Source of the DNA: Bdellovibrionales bacterium
GTDB lineage: Bacteria > Bdellovibrionota > Bdellovibrionia > Bdellovibrionales > UBA1609
Reading direction: 5' to 3'
Length of the DNA: 64,000 nt
Assembly (NCBI GenBank): GCA_965261545.1
Contig: CBDHDF010000010.1
Coordinates: 608,001 to 672,000, forward strand
A program made the translations under genes and the position numbers. Shown piece by piece: positions 20,821-29,192 of this stretch. Numbering within the stretch: the stretch's first letter is position 1; each line of letters opens with the position of its first letter. Under the pieces are notes generated by a model, which saw only the letters and a program-made list of their open reading frames with translations, had not been told where the DNA came from and did not search any database.

Positions 20821-21010
20821 GAGGGACCATCATTAATGAACTTGCTATCAATGAGCTTGCTACACAAGATTTAAATTTTAGGTATATATTCATATTTGTA
20901 ATCCTCCGTTTTATTTTCTATTCATTTCATTTCCATTCAAAAGCATATGTTGTAATTTTTGATAAAACAAGTCTAGAATTTCTATCAGTGGATTCAACAT
21001 TCGATTTGTC
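20821..21010 (+). repeat. Right copy of the ~190-bp target-site duplication
   Basis: Identical to 15458-15647. Confidence 0.95.
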
Positions 21011-22112
21011 TGTCATTATTCCCTGCCTAAATGAGGCTCACCACCTACCTAAGTTATGGGATCAACTCCAGGGACAGGAGCATATAAATCTAGAAATTAT
21101 TTTGGCTGACGGAGGATCTAAAGACGACAGTCTTGCCTTGGCCAATAAGAGGGGAATTGCTTTTTGTGTGACTTCGCCGGGGCGAGGTTGTCAGATGAAC
21201 CAAGGGGCCTTATTGGCGAAAGCTCCCTATTTTTTATTTCTTCACGGTGATTCGGAAATAAGGGACCCCTTGCTACTTTCTAGGGCTTTTGAGGACTTTC
21301 AAAAGCGAGACCGTCCTTGCTTGGCAGGTCATTTTGGCTTGAAGTTTATACGCAAGAAAGTGGCCTGTAAAATGGTTTGTAAAGTGGTCTATGACAAGGC
21401 TTATCGCTATATGGAGGAAAAAACCTTTATGAATCGCCCAGGAACAACTCATGGGGATCAAGGGCTGCTGTTGCATCGAGATTTTTTTTTTGAACTTGAG
21501 GGCTTTGATGAAAGCTTAGGTTTTTTGGAGGACCAAGCCATAGCTGAAAAAATTCATCAACAGGGGGAGTGGGTAACTCTTCCAGGAATTCTTTACACGT
21601 CGGCTCGTCGCTTTGAGAGTGAGGGATTTTTTCGTCGCTATACACTCATGGCTCTCATGATGGGGCTTTATCATGGGGAGATGAAGAAATTCTTTGAAGT
21701 GGCCCCTAAAGTCTATCGTCATCAGAGTCAAACCACATATTTGCATATTTACCCTTTTTATTGTGTCATTGGTAAGTTGTGCAAGGAGCTCGGGTGGTGG
21801 AGAACTCTTTGTTTATGGTATCGAGTGGGGAGATATGTTCGAGGTCAATTCTGGCAAGTCTTTTATCTTTTGGATCAATGTTTGAGACCTCTTTACAGAA
21901 AAAAGCATGATCCCAAACAGCCTTATTCTAAAAAGCATTATCCATTGGTGGGGTTTTGTGACAAAATTTTGGCTCCTTTGATGAATCACCGTATGGGAGA
22001 CATCATTTTTACATTGTTGAGTTATTTTTTCTTTGGAGTTATCTTGAAGACTTATTTTTACTTTCAAGACAAAGGAAGTCAGAATGAGAATCGAGAATCT
22101 GTAAGGAAGTAA
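20988..22112 (+). CDS. Family 2 glycosyltransferase (TIGR04283-like)
   Basis: GTG start, then DLSVIIPCLNEA, DGGSKD, GRGCQMNQGA, FLHGD, GDQGL, LEDQ, TSARRF. Confidence 0.85.
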   Translation: MDSTFDLSVIIPCLNEAHHLPKLWDQLQGQEHINLEIILADGGSKDDSLALANKRGIAFCVTSPGRGCQMNQGALLAKAPYFLFLHGDSEIRDPLLLSRAFEDFQKRDRPCLAGHFGLKFIRKKVACKMVCKVVYDKAYRYMEEKTFMNRPGTTHGDQGLLLHRDFFFELEGFDESLGFLEDQAIAEKIHQQGEWVTLPGILYTSARRFESEGFFRRYTLMALMMGLYHGEMKKFFEVAPKVYRHQSQTTYLHIYPFYCVIGKLCKELGWWRTLCLWYRVGRYVRGQFWQVFYLLDQCLRPLYRKKHDPKQPYSKKHYPLVGFCDKILAPLMNHRMGDIIFTLLSYFFFGVILKTYFYFQDKGSQNENRESVRK

Positions 22113-22126
22113 TGATTTGAAGCAAA

Positions 22127-22154
22127 GGAGGACTCTTCTTGTGAAGAGTCCTCC
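22127..22154. terminator. Stem-loop downstream of the glycosyltransferase gene
   Basis: GGAGGACTCTTC-TTGT-GAAGAGTCCTCC, a perfect 12-bp stem. Confidence 0.65.
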
Positions 22155-22420
22155 CTATGAATGTTTTTTTCCTACCGTAACGAAGGGAGATCTGACTACA
22201 ACGGATAGCTTGCCCAGGGTAAGCAGCCAAAAGAGAAGCACTTTTCACTAAGCGTGCTGTGAGCCTCTTGTCTCCTGTTAGACGACAATTAAAATTGGAG
22301 CTAATAAGAGTGCTTTTTCTCGCTGAGTAGTGGTTCAAGGACCGCGGTTTGTGGATCCGATCTGAGGATAAACTCCAACACTGGAAACCAGTGATGGAGG
22401 TATGGGTTCGATAGCATGAG

Positions 22421-22480
22421 GAGCTGTGTACGGACCCGTATACAGTTCTGTGAGAGGACGGGGCCTCCCCCTCACTCGAT
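22421..22480 (+). mobile_element. Degenerate group II intron 3' end (domains V-VI)
   Basis: GAGCTGTGTACGGACCCGTATACAGTTC folds as DV (AGC triad, 2-nt bulge missing), followed by TGTGAGAGG..CCTCACTCGAT. Confidence 0.7.
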
Positions 22481-22481
22481 C

Positions 22482-22574
22482 CGAACCCTTAAAAGCTTGA
22501 AAGGAAGTTTCCGAGCCTACAAATGGTGCAAGAGCTTTGCCCGTGCAAGGCCACAACTATTTGTGCATTGGCGA
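22482..22574 (+). pseudogene. C-terminal fragment of a group II intron RT/maturase (class D-like)
   Basis: KSLKGSFRAYKWCKSFARARPQLFVHWR resembles the ..W...A...PxLFxHW terminus of intron-encoded proteins. Confidence 0.55.
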
Positions 22575-22648
22575 GTAGCCCCTCCGTTGCTGCTGTCAAC
22601 TCGGGAGGAGATTTACTCCTCAAAACGTTTACATTATGTTTAGACACA

Positions 22649-22957
22649 TTATGGTTCAGATATAATTATCGTAGTCGCTGCGGTATCATTATTTTCAACA
22701 TGTTCATGCTTAACATTGAAGGCCATGTTTGTAGCTCCAAGACTGTCTTCCCAACAACGGAAGGTGAAAGAATTCCCCTCCTTGTTCATTTGGATATTAT
22801 CAATCCCCTCGTTGCACGAAGGGGTAAGAGAGGAATCCTCAAGAGTCAACTTGATCTCCTCTAGAGAGATTCTTTCATGGGCTCCTCCCCCACTGGAATT
22901 AAATACCAAAGACGCTCCTAAAAGGGCGTAAAAAAAGAAGGCACTTAGCCTCTTCAT
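22649..22957 (-). CDS. Small secreted hypothetical protein, possibly truncated
   Basis: Signal-peptide-like MKRLSAFFFYALLGASLVF within track ORF 22649-23083. Confidence 0.35.
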   Translation of the reverse strand: MKRLSAFFFYALLGASLVFNSSGGGAHERISLEEIKLTLEDSSLTPSCNEGIDNIQMNKEGNSFTFRCWEDSLGATNMAFNVKHEHVENNDTAATTIIISEP

Positions 22958-23398
22958 GGACTTTATGGCTTTCGTTACTTTTATCATCATGGCTCCTACT
23001 TTAGATAATACGCAGCACATCTGCTCTATGAAAGTCCCCATATGAAGACTTTCGATTATTCTGACTTTAAACTCCAAGAACATAGCCCAACGTCATAGTT
23101 AAAAGTAGTCATATTACTCTGCGCCATTCCATTGAGACCATAAAAATTGGTATCTGCCCAGGGGGCATGACTTACAGAGAGAAATTTACACCTCATTGAG
23201 AGTCGATGTCTTTGCTGAATTGCATACGATTAACCAATTCAACTTTGATTCTGAAAAAAGATTCTCACTTACTTTTAGTGGGACAAGAATAACCTTCTTG
23301 ATAAATTGAAGTATAGAACTTCTCTTCCCCTGGATCACACCTGTGAATTCCTTAACTCAACGAGTTAGGGGAATGATGTTTAGGTGACACGAGGGAGC

Positions 23399-23896
23399 TT
23401 ATGTCTTTGGTAGAGACGCTCGGTATTCGCGGAAGTCCTCATTAATTTGCAAACGAGATGTTTCATCGAGCTTTTGCAAGAGGTTAATAACTTGATCGGC
23501 CTGGTCTCCTTCGAGGATTCGACTGAAATACCTTAGAAGTTCTCGTCTTCTCTGGTGTTTTTGTTCGTCAGGGACAGGTTCAGAGATAATAAGTATCTTT
23601 CTTGAATAAACTTCTTTTTCCAAAAGGCAGTCATTCACGCCTTCTCGAAACTCAACATCCAACTGCAAGGGGATGAGCATCCAAGCGGAGCAGAGCTTAT
23701 GGTGTTCATGGCCTTTAGAGCATTGATCCGCCAAGGCCGAATGGTTCTTTAAGAAGTGGAGAAAAGCTCCAATGTCCTCAGAGAGTTCTTTCAGAGAAAT
23801 TTTAGCATTTTGGTGTTCGATATCAATTTTTAAGCTTTGATGATCTTCTCTTGATTTTGTCATGGTACCTGTCCTTTTGTCTACCCATGTGTCCAT
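23399..23896 (-). CDS. Hypothetical protein A (paralogue of 24952-25179)
   Basis: 165 aa; shares QLxVEFREGVNDxLLEKEVxSxKIxIxSEPV..QRRxELLRYFSxIL with A'. Confidence 0.7.
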   Translation of the reverse strand: MDTWVDKRTGTMTKSREDHQSLKIDIEHQNAKISLKELSEDIGAFLHFLKNHSALADQCSKGHEHHKLCSAWMLIPLQLDVEFREGVNDCLLEKEVYSRKILIISEPVPDEQKHQRRRELLRYFSRILEGDQADQVINLLQKLDETSRLQINEDFREYRASLPKT

Positions 23897-24059
23897 GTGT
23901 TATGTAACCCATGGTACCTAATTCTTAGTGTTGTGTAATTATGTGTTTCACATATTATTTCTATGAATACAAGTTTCTTGAGAGGATTATTTAAGTTATT
24001 TTTAAAAAATCTTCAAAAAACTATTGAAGTTTGCAGCAATCTTAGTTTAGCTGATAAAA

Positions 24060-24425
24060 GTGGCCAATGATAACAAGACCTACCTTCTCAATGAAATGCT
24101 TGGGGCCTACCTAAGAAAAATTTTTTCCGACGCTAAATCAGCCATGGATTGGGCAGAAGAAAAAGATATCAACAGGGCCACGATGCGTGATGTCTTCTAC
24201 AAGAATGGCAATTGTGGACGCAAGGTCTTTGATCAGATTGTGACCCAACTTTTTGATATTAACCCTGAAAAAGTGGCTGCTCTCGTCGATTATGTCAAAA
24301 ATTGTGAGCCCATGGCTGAGTCTCAAAAAATATGGAATTCCATTGAAACCCCTGAACTCACGAAGCAGCGTCTTGCTTTGGTGGCAAAAATGATGGTGGA
24401 AATGGAGAGCAAAGAAGATAAGTAA
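24060..24425 (+). CDS. Hypothetical protein B, putative Xre/Cro-like HTH
   Basis: 121 aa; LGAYLRK..SAMDWAEEKDINRATMRDVFYKNG has an HTH-like pattern; close paralogue of B'. Confidence 0.7.
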   Translation: MANDNKTYLLNEMLGAYLRKIFSDAKSAMDWAEEKDINRATMRDVFYKNGNCGRKVFDQIVTQLFDINPEKVAALVDYVKNCEPMAESQKIWNSIETPELTKQRLALVAKMMVEMESKEDK

Positions 24426-24492
24426 CACAATGTATGTTGAATTTTACTTATTAATTTTTTTTATGTGAATTGCGCAGTGCTTATGTAGGCCG

Positions 24493-24879
24493 TCATAGTT
24501 CATCCTTGTTTTGGAGGGAGGCTTCAATTTCTAGGGTGGCTTTTGCGACAAGGGCCAAGCGGCGTTTTGCGAGTTCAGGGGTTTCAATGGAATTCCATAT
24601 TTTTTGAGATGGGGGGATGGGTTGGAGATTTTTGACAAACTCAATGAGTAGAATAGCTTTTTCTGGAGTGATATCGAAGAGTTGGGTCACAATCTGATCA
24701 AAGACCTTGCGTCCACAATTGCCATTCTTGTAGAAGACATCACGCATCGTGGCCCTGTTGATACCTTTTTCTTCTGCCCAATCCATGGCTGATTTAACGT
24801 CGGAAAAGACTTTTCTTAGGTAGGCTCCAAGCATTTCATTAAGAAAGTAAGTCTTGTCATCATTGATCATGTTCGTCAT
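24493..24879 (-). CDS. Hypothetical protein B', putative HTH; convergent paralogue of B
   Basis: Near-identical N-terminal half to 24060-24425. Confidence 0.7.
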   Translation of the reverse strand: MTNMINDDKTYFLNEMLGAYLRKVFSDVKSAMDWAEEKGINRATMRDVFYKNGNCGRKVFDQIVTQLFDITPEKAILLIEFVKNLQPIPPSQKIWNSIETPELAKRRLALVAKATLEIEASLQNKDEL

Positions 24880-24951
24880 CCTATATCATAGCGTTGAGGT
24901 GGTTCATTTGCCAAGTGAGTGAATTTGATGATATGAGGTGTTATATGTTAC

Positions 24952-25179
24952 TTGATGTACTTGATACCAATTTACTTGATGTACTTGATACCAATATGGA
25001 GGCTGACCCCCATGCAGCTATCTGTGGAATTTCGGGAAGGTGTTAATGACTTTCTCCTCGAAAAAGAAGTGGGCTCTCAGAAAATAATTATTGTTTCTGA
25101 GCCTGTTGGAGAAGATCGGAAACTCCAGAGAAGATCGGAGTTACTTAGGTATTTTAGCCAAATTCTCCATAGGTTTTAA
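24952..25179 (+). CDS. Hypothetical protein A' (short paralogue or remnant of A)
   Basis: Homologous to residues ~73-130 of A; begins inside a 24-bp tandem duplication (24948-24995). Confidence 0.55.
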   Translation: MMYLIPIYLMYLIPIWRLTPMQLSVEFREGVNDFLLEKEVGSQKIIIVSEPVGEDRKLQRRSELLRYFSQILHRF

Positions 25180-25193
25180 AAAGGGAAAAGACC

Positions 25194-26204
25194 ATGGATT
25201 ACAAGCAGGCGGGTGTGGATGTGGAGGTGGGTGAGTCTTTGGTGGATTGGCTTCAAAATAAAGGACCAAAGCGTTGGCCTCACCAGGAGCGTTTGGTTTC
25301 TGGGGTAGGTGGATTTTCAGCTCTCTTTCGTGGAGGTTTTCCAGAGATGGAGTCTCCTTGCCTTGTGAGTGCCGCAGATGGGGTGGGGACGAAGGTTCTT
25401 TTAGCTTCTTATTTTGGTGAGTTTCAAGGTGTGGGCCAGGACCTTGTCGCCATGTGTGTGAATGATCTCGTTTGCTGTGGGGCTCGCCCTCTTTTTTTTC
25501 TCGATTATTATGCCACTGGGAAGCTCAATGCAGAGAGAGCTCAGCTGTTTCTGAAAGGTGTTCAAGAGGCTTGTCTGGCTTCGGATTGCGCCCTCGTGGG
25601 AGGAGAGACCGCTGAGATGCCTGGTGTTTACAAGGGAGACGATTTTGACTGTGCGGGTTTTGCAGTGGGTGTGGTGGATGAGAAAGAAGTCTTAGGAGCC
25701 CACTTGGTTCAAGGGGGAGACCGGCTTATGGCCTTTGGGAGTTCAGGTTTTCACAGCAATGGTTTTTCTCTCCTTCGCCAGGTTTTTGAGAAAGATTTAG
25801 CTCAGTGGCAAAAATGTCTTATGACTCCCACAAAGCTTTATGTCAAACCCCTTCAGCAGCTCTTAGAATTAGAGGGGGGGGGGCTTCATGCCTTGGCCCA
25901 TATGACTGGAGGAGGTATGGATAATTTGTGTCGAGTCATGCCTTTGGGGATGAGGGCCGGTCTTCGCGAATGGGATATCCCGCCCCCTTTTTTAGAGGTT
26001 CAGAAACGAGCCTCACTGGATCGCATCTCTCTTTTAAAGACTTTTAACTGTGGAGTGGGGATGGTGGCTTTTGTGGCCCGTGAGAATTGGGGAGGAATCT
26101 TTGAAAAAGCTGTTCAACTGGGGCTGGCTCCTTTCGACTTAGGGTGGGTGGAGCCCTTTGAATCCACACCCTCTCGACCCCATTGGTTTTTGGAGAAAAA
26201 TTGA
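25194..26204 (+). CDS. purM: AIR synthetase
   Basis: MDYKQAGVD, DGVGTK, DLVAMCVND, GGETAEMPG, HSNGFSL, TFNCGVG. Confidence 0.97.
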   Translation: MDYKQAGVDVEVGESLVDWLQNKGPKRWPHQERLVSGVGGFSALFRGGFPEMESPCLVSAADGVGTKVLLASYFGEFQGVGQDLVAMCVNDLVCCGARPLFFLDYYATGKLNAERAQLFLKGVQEACLASDCALVGGETAEMPGVYKGDDFDCAGFAVGVVDEKEVLGAHLVQGGDRLMAFGSSGFHSNGFSLLRQVFEKDLAQWQKCLMTPTKLYVKPLQQLLELEGGGLHALAHMTGGGMDNLCRVMPLGMRAGLREWDIPPPFLEVQKRASLDRISLLKTFNCGVGMVAFVARENWGGIFEKAVQLGLAPFDLGWVEPFESTPSRPHWFLEKN

Positions 26205-26225
26205 AGAATTGGAGAAAAATGAATT

Positions 26226-27584
26226 ATGAAAAATGATGTTCTCGTGGTTTCAGCTTTTGGGCGTGGTCACTGGATGGCCGCAGAGATGGCCGTAAGGGGT
26301 CTTTCTGTTCATCTTGTGGATGTGACCGATGAAATGGGGAGATGGACTCCAGAGGATTGGGAGGGGCCTTTTGGGTTGTTTTTCTCCGAAGAACTGACCG
26401 ATCTTCAGCGAGAGCGTCTTGCCGAAGATGATTATTTAGACCCTGTTGAATGCGGCTTTACGCTGTGGCTGAAGGGAGGGGCTCTAGAGATGAGAGACCC
26501 TCTTTTTCCCTACAGGTTCCAAAGGCAGGGCTATTCTGCAAAGCTCAAAGAGTACCTGAAAATGGCAAAACATCAGGACAGAGAGTTGATCCAGAGTATT
26601 CAAGGCATGGCCTTTGATAAAAACTGGATGGCTCACTTGGCCCATCAGCTTTCATCCCATATTTTCTTAGAAAGCCCCCGTGGTATGGATCATGGTTGTC
26701 CCTTACCCTTACTTTCTCCCTACTGCATTCGTCGAGTGAGTCGTCGTGGTTATGCCAAGGGGGTGAACTGGGTGCGCTCAAAAGGAGTCGAGGTGACTTC
26801 GGGAAGTGTGGTCGATATTTTTCTTGAGCGAAAAGGCTGTCGAGCGGTGGAAATATCTCTTGAAAGTGGAGAACTTATGGCGGAGGCGAGCCAGTTTATC
26901 TGGTGTCTTAATAGTGAGGAATCCCAGTTCTTATCTCCAAAAATTTCCGAAATATTATTTCCTCAAGGTTGCGTTTCTCCTCAATGGAATTGGTTGCGCT
27001 ATCGGGTTCAACTCCTCCTTCTCTATAATCACCATGTTCATAGCCATACAGAGGCTGATCCGGAGTTATTTCAGGCCATTCCCATCAAATTCACTATGAT
27101 TGATGATATTGAGTTGCCTTGGACTCACACCAATTTGTGCATGGTTCAAAGAACCTCCAAAGAATCCGATTACGATGTTTGGGTGAGGCTCCCTCATTTT
27201 TACTGTTTTAAGAAGGATTTGCTTGAGGAGGTTTCTCAAGAAATTCTTGACTCCTTTCGTCGGCGCCTCCCCCACTGTGCTCCCAAATTGCTTGATATGC
27301 CCCAAGAACATCGATACGAAGAGGGAGACATTGGGCCAGGGCTCTTTCCTGTTTATGACAAAAAAACTCTAAGAAAGTTCAAACCTTCGTTGATAAAAAA
27401 TTTGCACTTTGATGGCTCTGAGGTGTGGGACTCTCTCGATTGGGGAGGGCAATTTCGAAGTCAAGGTGAAATTCTTCAGAAGATTTATGCCTTTTACAAG
27501 AAATACAGTTTAAAAAATTTAAAAGGAGAACCCGTGGGTGGGTGGTCCAAGGAGGCGGATCATGATTGCGCGCTACACCCGTGA
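26226..27584 (+). CDS. Hypothetical protein with a degenerate FAD-oxidoreductase-like N-terminus
   Basis: 452 aa between purM and purB; DVLVVSAFGRGHWMAAEMAVRGLSVHLVD has a beta-alpha-beta pattern. Confidence 0.65.
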   Translation: MKNDVLVVSAFGRGHWMAAEMAVRGLSVHLVDVTDEMGRWTPEDWEGPFGLFFSEELTDLQRERLAEDDYLDPVECGFTLWLKGGALEMRDPLFPYRFQRQGYSAKLKEYLKMAKHQDRELIQSIQGMAFDKNWMAHLAHQLSSHIFLESPRGMDHGCPLPLLSPYCIRRVSRRGYAKGVNWVRSKGVEVTSGSVVDIFLERKGCRAVEISLESGELMAEASQFIWCLNSEESQFLSPKISEILFPQGCVSPQWNWLRYRVQLLLLYNHHVHSHTEADPELFQAIPIKFTMIDDIELPWTHTNLCMVQRTSKESDYDVWVRLPHFYCFKKDLLEEVSQEILDSFRRRLPHCAPKLLDMPQEHRYEEGDIGPGLFPVYDKKTLRKFKPSLIKNLHFDGSEVWDSLDWGGQFRSQGEILQKIYAFYKKYSLKNLKGEPVGGWSKEADHDCALHP

Positions 27585-28887
27585 AGCCATGGGTCATATT
27601 TGGTCCCAGGAAAGCCGGTTTGAATTTATGAGACAGGTGGAGGTGGCCGTGGCTCAGGTTCAAGCTTCCATGAATATTATTCCCCGAGAGGCGGCCACGG
27701 ACATTGCTAAAAAGTCCCATTCTGTTGATATTCATCGCATTGAAGAGATCGAAAAAGTGACCAAGCACGATGTCATTGCTTTCGTTTCTCATTTGGCTGA
27801 GAAAGTGGGTCCCCATGGACGATATATCCACTTTGCTATGACTTCGTCGGATGTCTTAGATACCGCCTTAAGTTTACAGGTGCGGGCCGCAGGGGAAGAA
27901 CTTATCAAGTCTCTTCAGAAATTTGAAAATGCTTTGGAACAACAGGTGAAGAAGCATGCAATGACTCTGTGTGCAGGAAGAACCCACGGTGTTCACGCAG
28001 AACCTACCTCTTTTGGTCTCAAACTGGGAGGATTCCTTGCCGAACTTCGCCGCAATGAACTTCGCCTGAGGAGTTCTTTAAAGGACATGGAAGTGGGAAA
28101 ATTAAGTGGAGCGGTAGGAACCTACTCGGCTCAAAGCCCCCAGGTGGAGCTTGGAGTTTGCCAGAAACTCAAACTCAAGCCTGAGACCATTGCAACACAG
28201 GTGATTCCCAGAGATCGCCACGCCCAGCTTTTTCATAACCTTGCCATGTTGGGGGGAGGTTTGGAGAGGCTTGCTGTGGAGTTCAGGCATTTGCAGCGCA
28301 CAGAAGTTTCAGAGGTGAGTGAGGGGTTTTTCAAAGGGCAAAAGGGTTCGAGTGCCATGCCCCATAAGAAGAATCCTATTGGAGCAGAAAATATCACGGG
28401 GGTGGCTCGTCTGCTTCGTTCCTACAGTCAAGCGGCCATGGAAAATATTGCCCTTTGGCATGAAAGAGATATTAGTCACTCCTCTGTGGAAAGGGTGGCC
28501 CTTCCCGATGCCTTTATTCTATGTGACTATGCTGTGGATCGCATGGCCCATGTGGTGCAAGACCTTCAAGTCAACCCCAAGCGCATGCTTGAAAATATGG
28601 CTCTTTCCCAGGGGCAACTTTATAGCTCTCACATTTTGTTGGCTTTGGTTCACAAGGGGTTGTCGAGGGAGGAGGCTTATAAGATGGTTCAGCGTGTGAG
28701 CTACAGCCTCAAAGAGGGGGAGGGCTTTGAGGCTCGGTTGGTAGAGGACAAAGAGTTGTCACAGTACTTTGGTGCTGATGAGTTAAAGAAAATATTCAGT
28801 GGAGAAGTTCATAAGAAGGCCATTGCTGAGGCTCTTCGTCGAGTGGGGAGGGAGAGTGGAGACTTTGAATGTCCCCATCCACTGTGA
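27562..28887 (+). CDS. purB: Adenylosuccinate lyase
   Basis: MIARYT start with AAGGAGG RBS; TSSDVLD, GRTHG, GSSAMPHKKNP. Confidence 0.97.
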   Translation: MIARYTREAMGHIWSQESRFEFMRQVEVAVAQVQASMNIIPREAATDIAKKSHSVDIHRIEEIEKVTKHDVIAFVSHLAEKVGPHGRYIHFAMTSSDVLDTALSLQVRAAGEELIKSLQKFENALEQQVKKHAMTLCAGRTHGVHAEPTSFGLKLGGFLAELRRNELRLRSSLKDMEVGKLSGAVGTYSAQSPQVELGVCQKLKLKPETIATQVIPRDRHAQLFHNLAMLGGGLERLAVEFRHLQRTEVSEVSEGFFKGQKGSSAMPHKKNPIGAENITGVARLLRSYSQAAMENIALWHERDISHSSVERVALPDAFILCDYAVDRMAHVVQDLQVNPKRMLENMALSQGQLYSSHILLALVHKGLSREEAYKMVQRVSYSLKEGEGFEARLVEDKELSQYFGADELKKIFSGEVHKKAIAEALRRVGRESGDFECPHPL

Positions 28888-28950
28888 CCATGACGGCGTG
28901 ACTACTTTAAGGTTGAGTTCAACTACTGGACAGACGATATTGCCGAAATT

Positions 28951-29026
28951 TGGTAGGGAGTACCGGGATCGAACCGATGACATCCACCTTGTAAGGGTGG
29001 CGCTCTACCAGCTGAGCTAACTCCCT
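28951..29026 (-). tRNA. tRNA-Val(TAC)
   Basis: 76-nt cloverleaf: AGGGAGT/ACTCCCT acceptor stem, anticodon arm CCACC-CTTACAA-GGTGG, GGTTCGATCC T-arm, encoded CCA. Confidence 0.97.
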
Positions 29027-29037
29027 ATTATGGACTT

Positions 29038-29178
29038 AACAACCGCCTTGGCAGCGAGCGGGTCTCGTAACTTCTTAGGACTCTCTCGCAGCAATTAACT
29101 TTGAACTGAACTTTGTGAGAATACGAGCCGCAAGCAGTAAGAGGCGAGTGGCAGCACCCTAACCCCAAAGCAGTCGTC
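29038..29178 (-). ncRNA. Candidate structured RNA or tRNA leader
   Basis: 14-bp terminal stem that pairs fully only on the minus strand (4 G-U pairs); inner CUCGUA/UACGAG and GCGG/CCGC helices; extended -10 TGaTATACT just upstream. Confidence 0.45.
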
Positions 29179-29192
29179 ACTGTAGTATATCA

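Noticed and set aside
20793..20987. N-terminal 65 aa of track ORF 20793-22112, and ORFs 15376-15657 and 15631-15834
   Set aside because: These are read-through of the IS end and duplicated intergenic DNA; the glycosyltransferase homology begins at GTG 20988.
23399..25179. Intact prophage immunity region
   Set aside because: No integrase, replication or structural phage genes flank it; a remote phage origin cannot be excluded.
28951..29026. tRNA-Val as an integration site for the accessory region
   Set aside because: No duplicate of its 3' end and no integrase seen in the window; the flanking genes are housekeeping.
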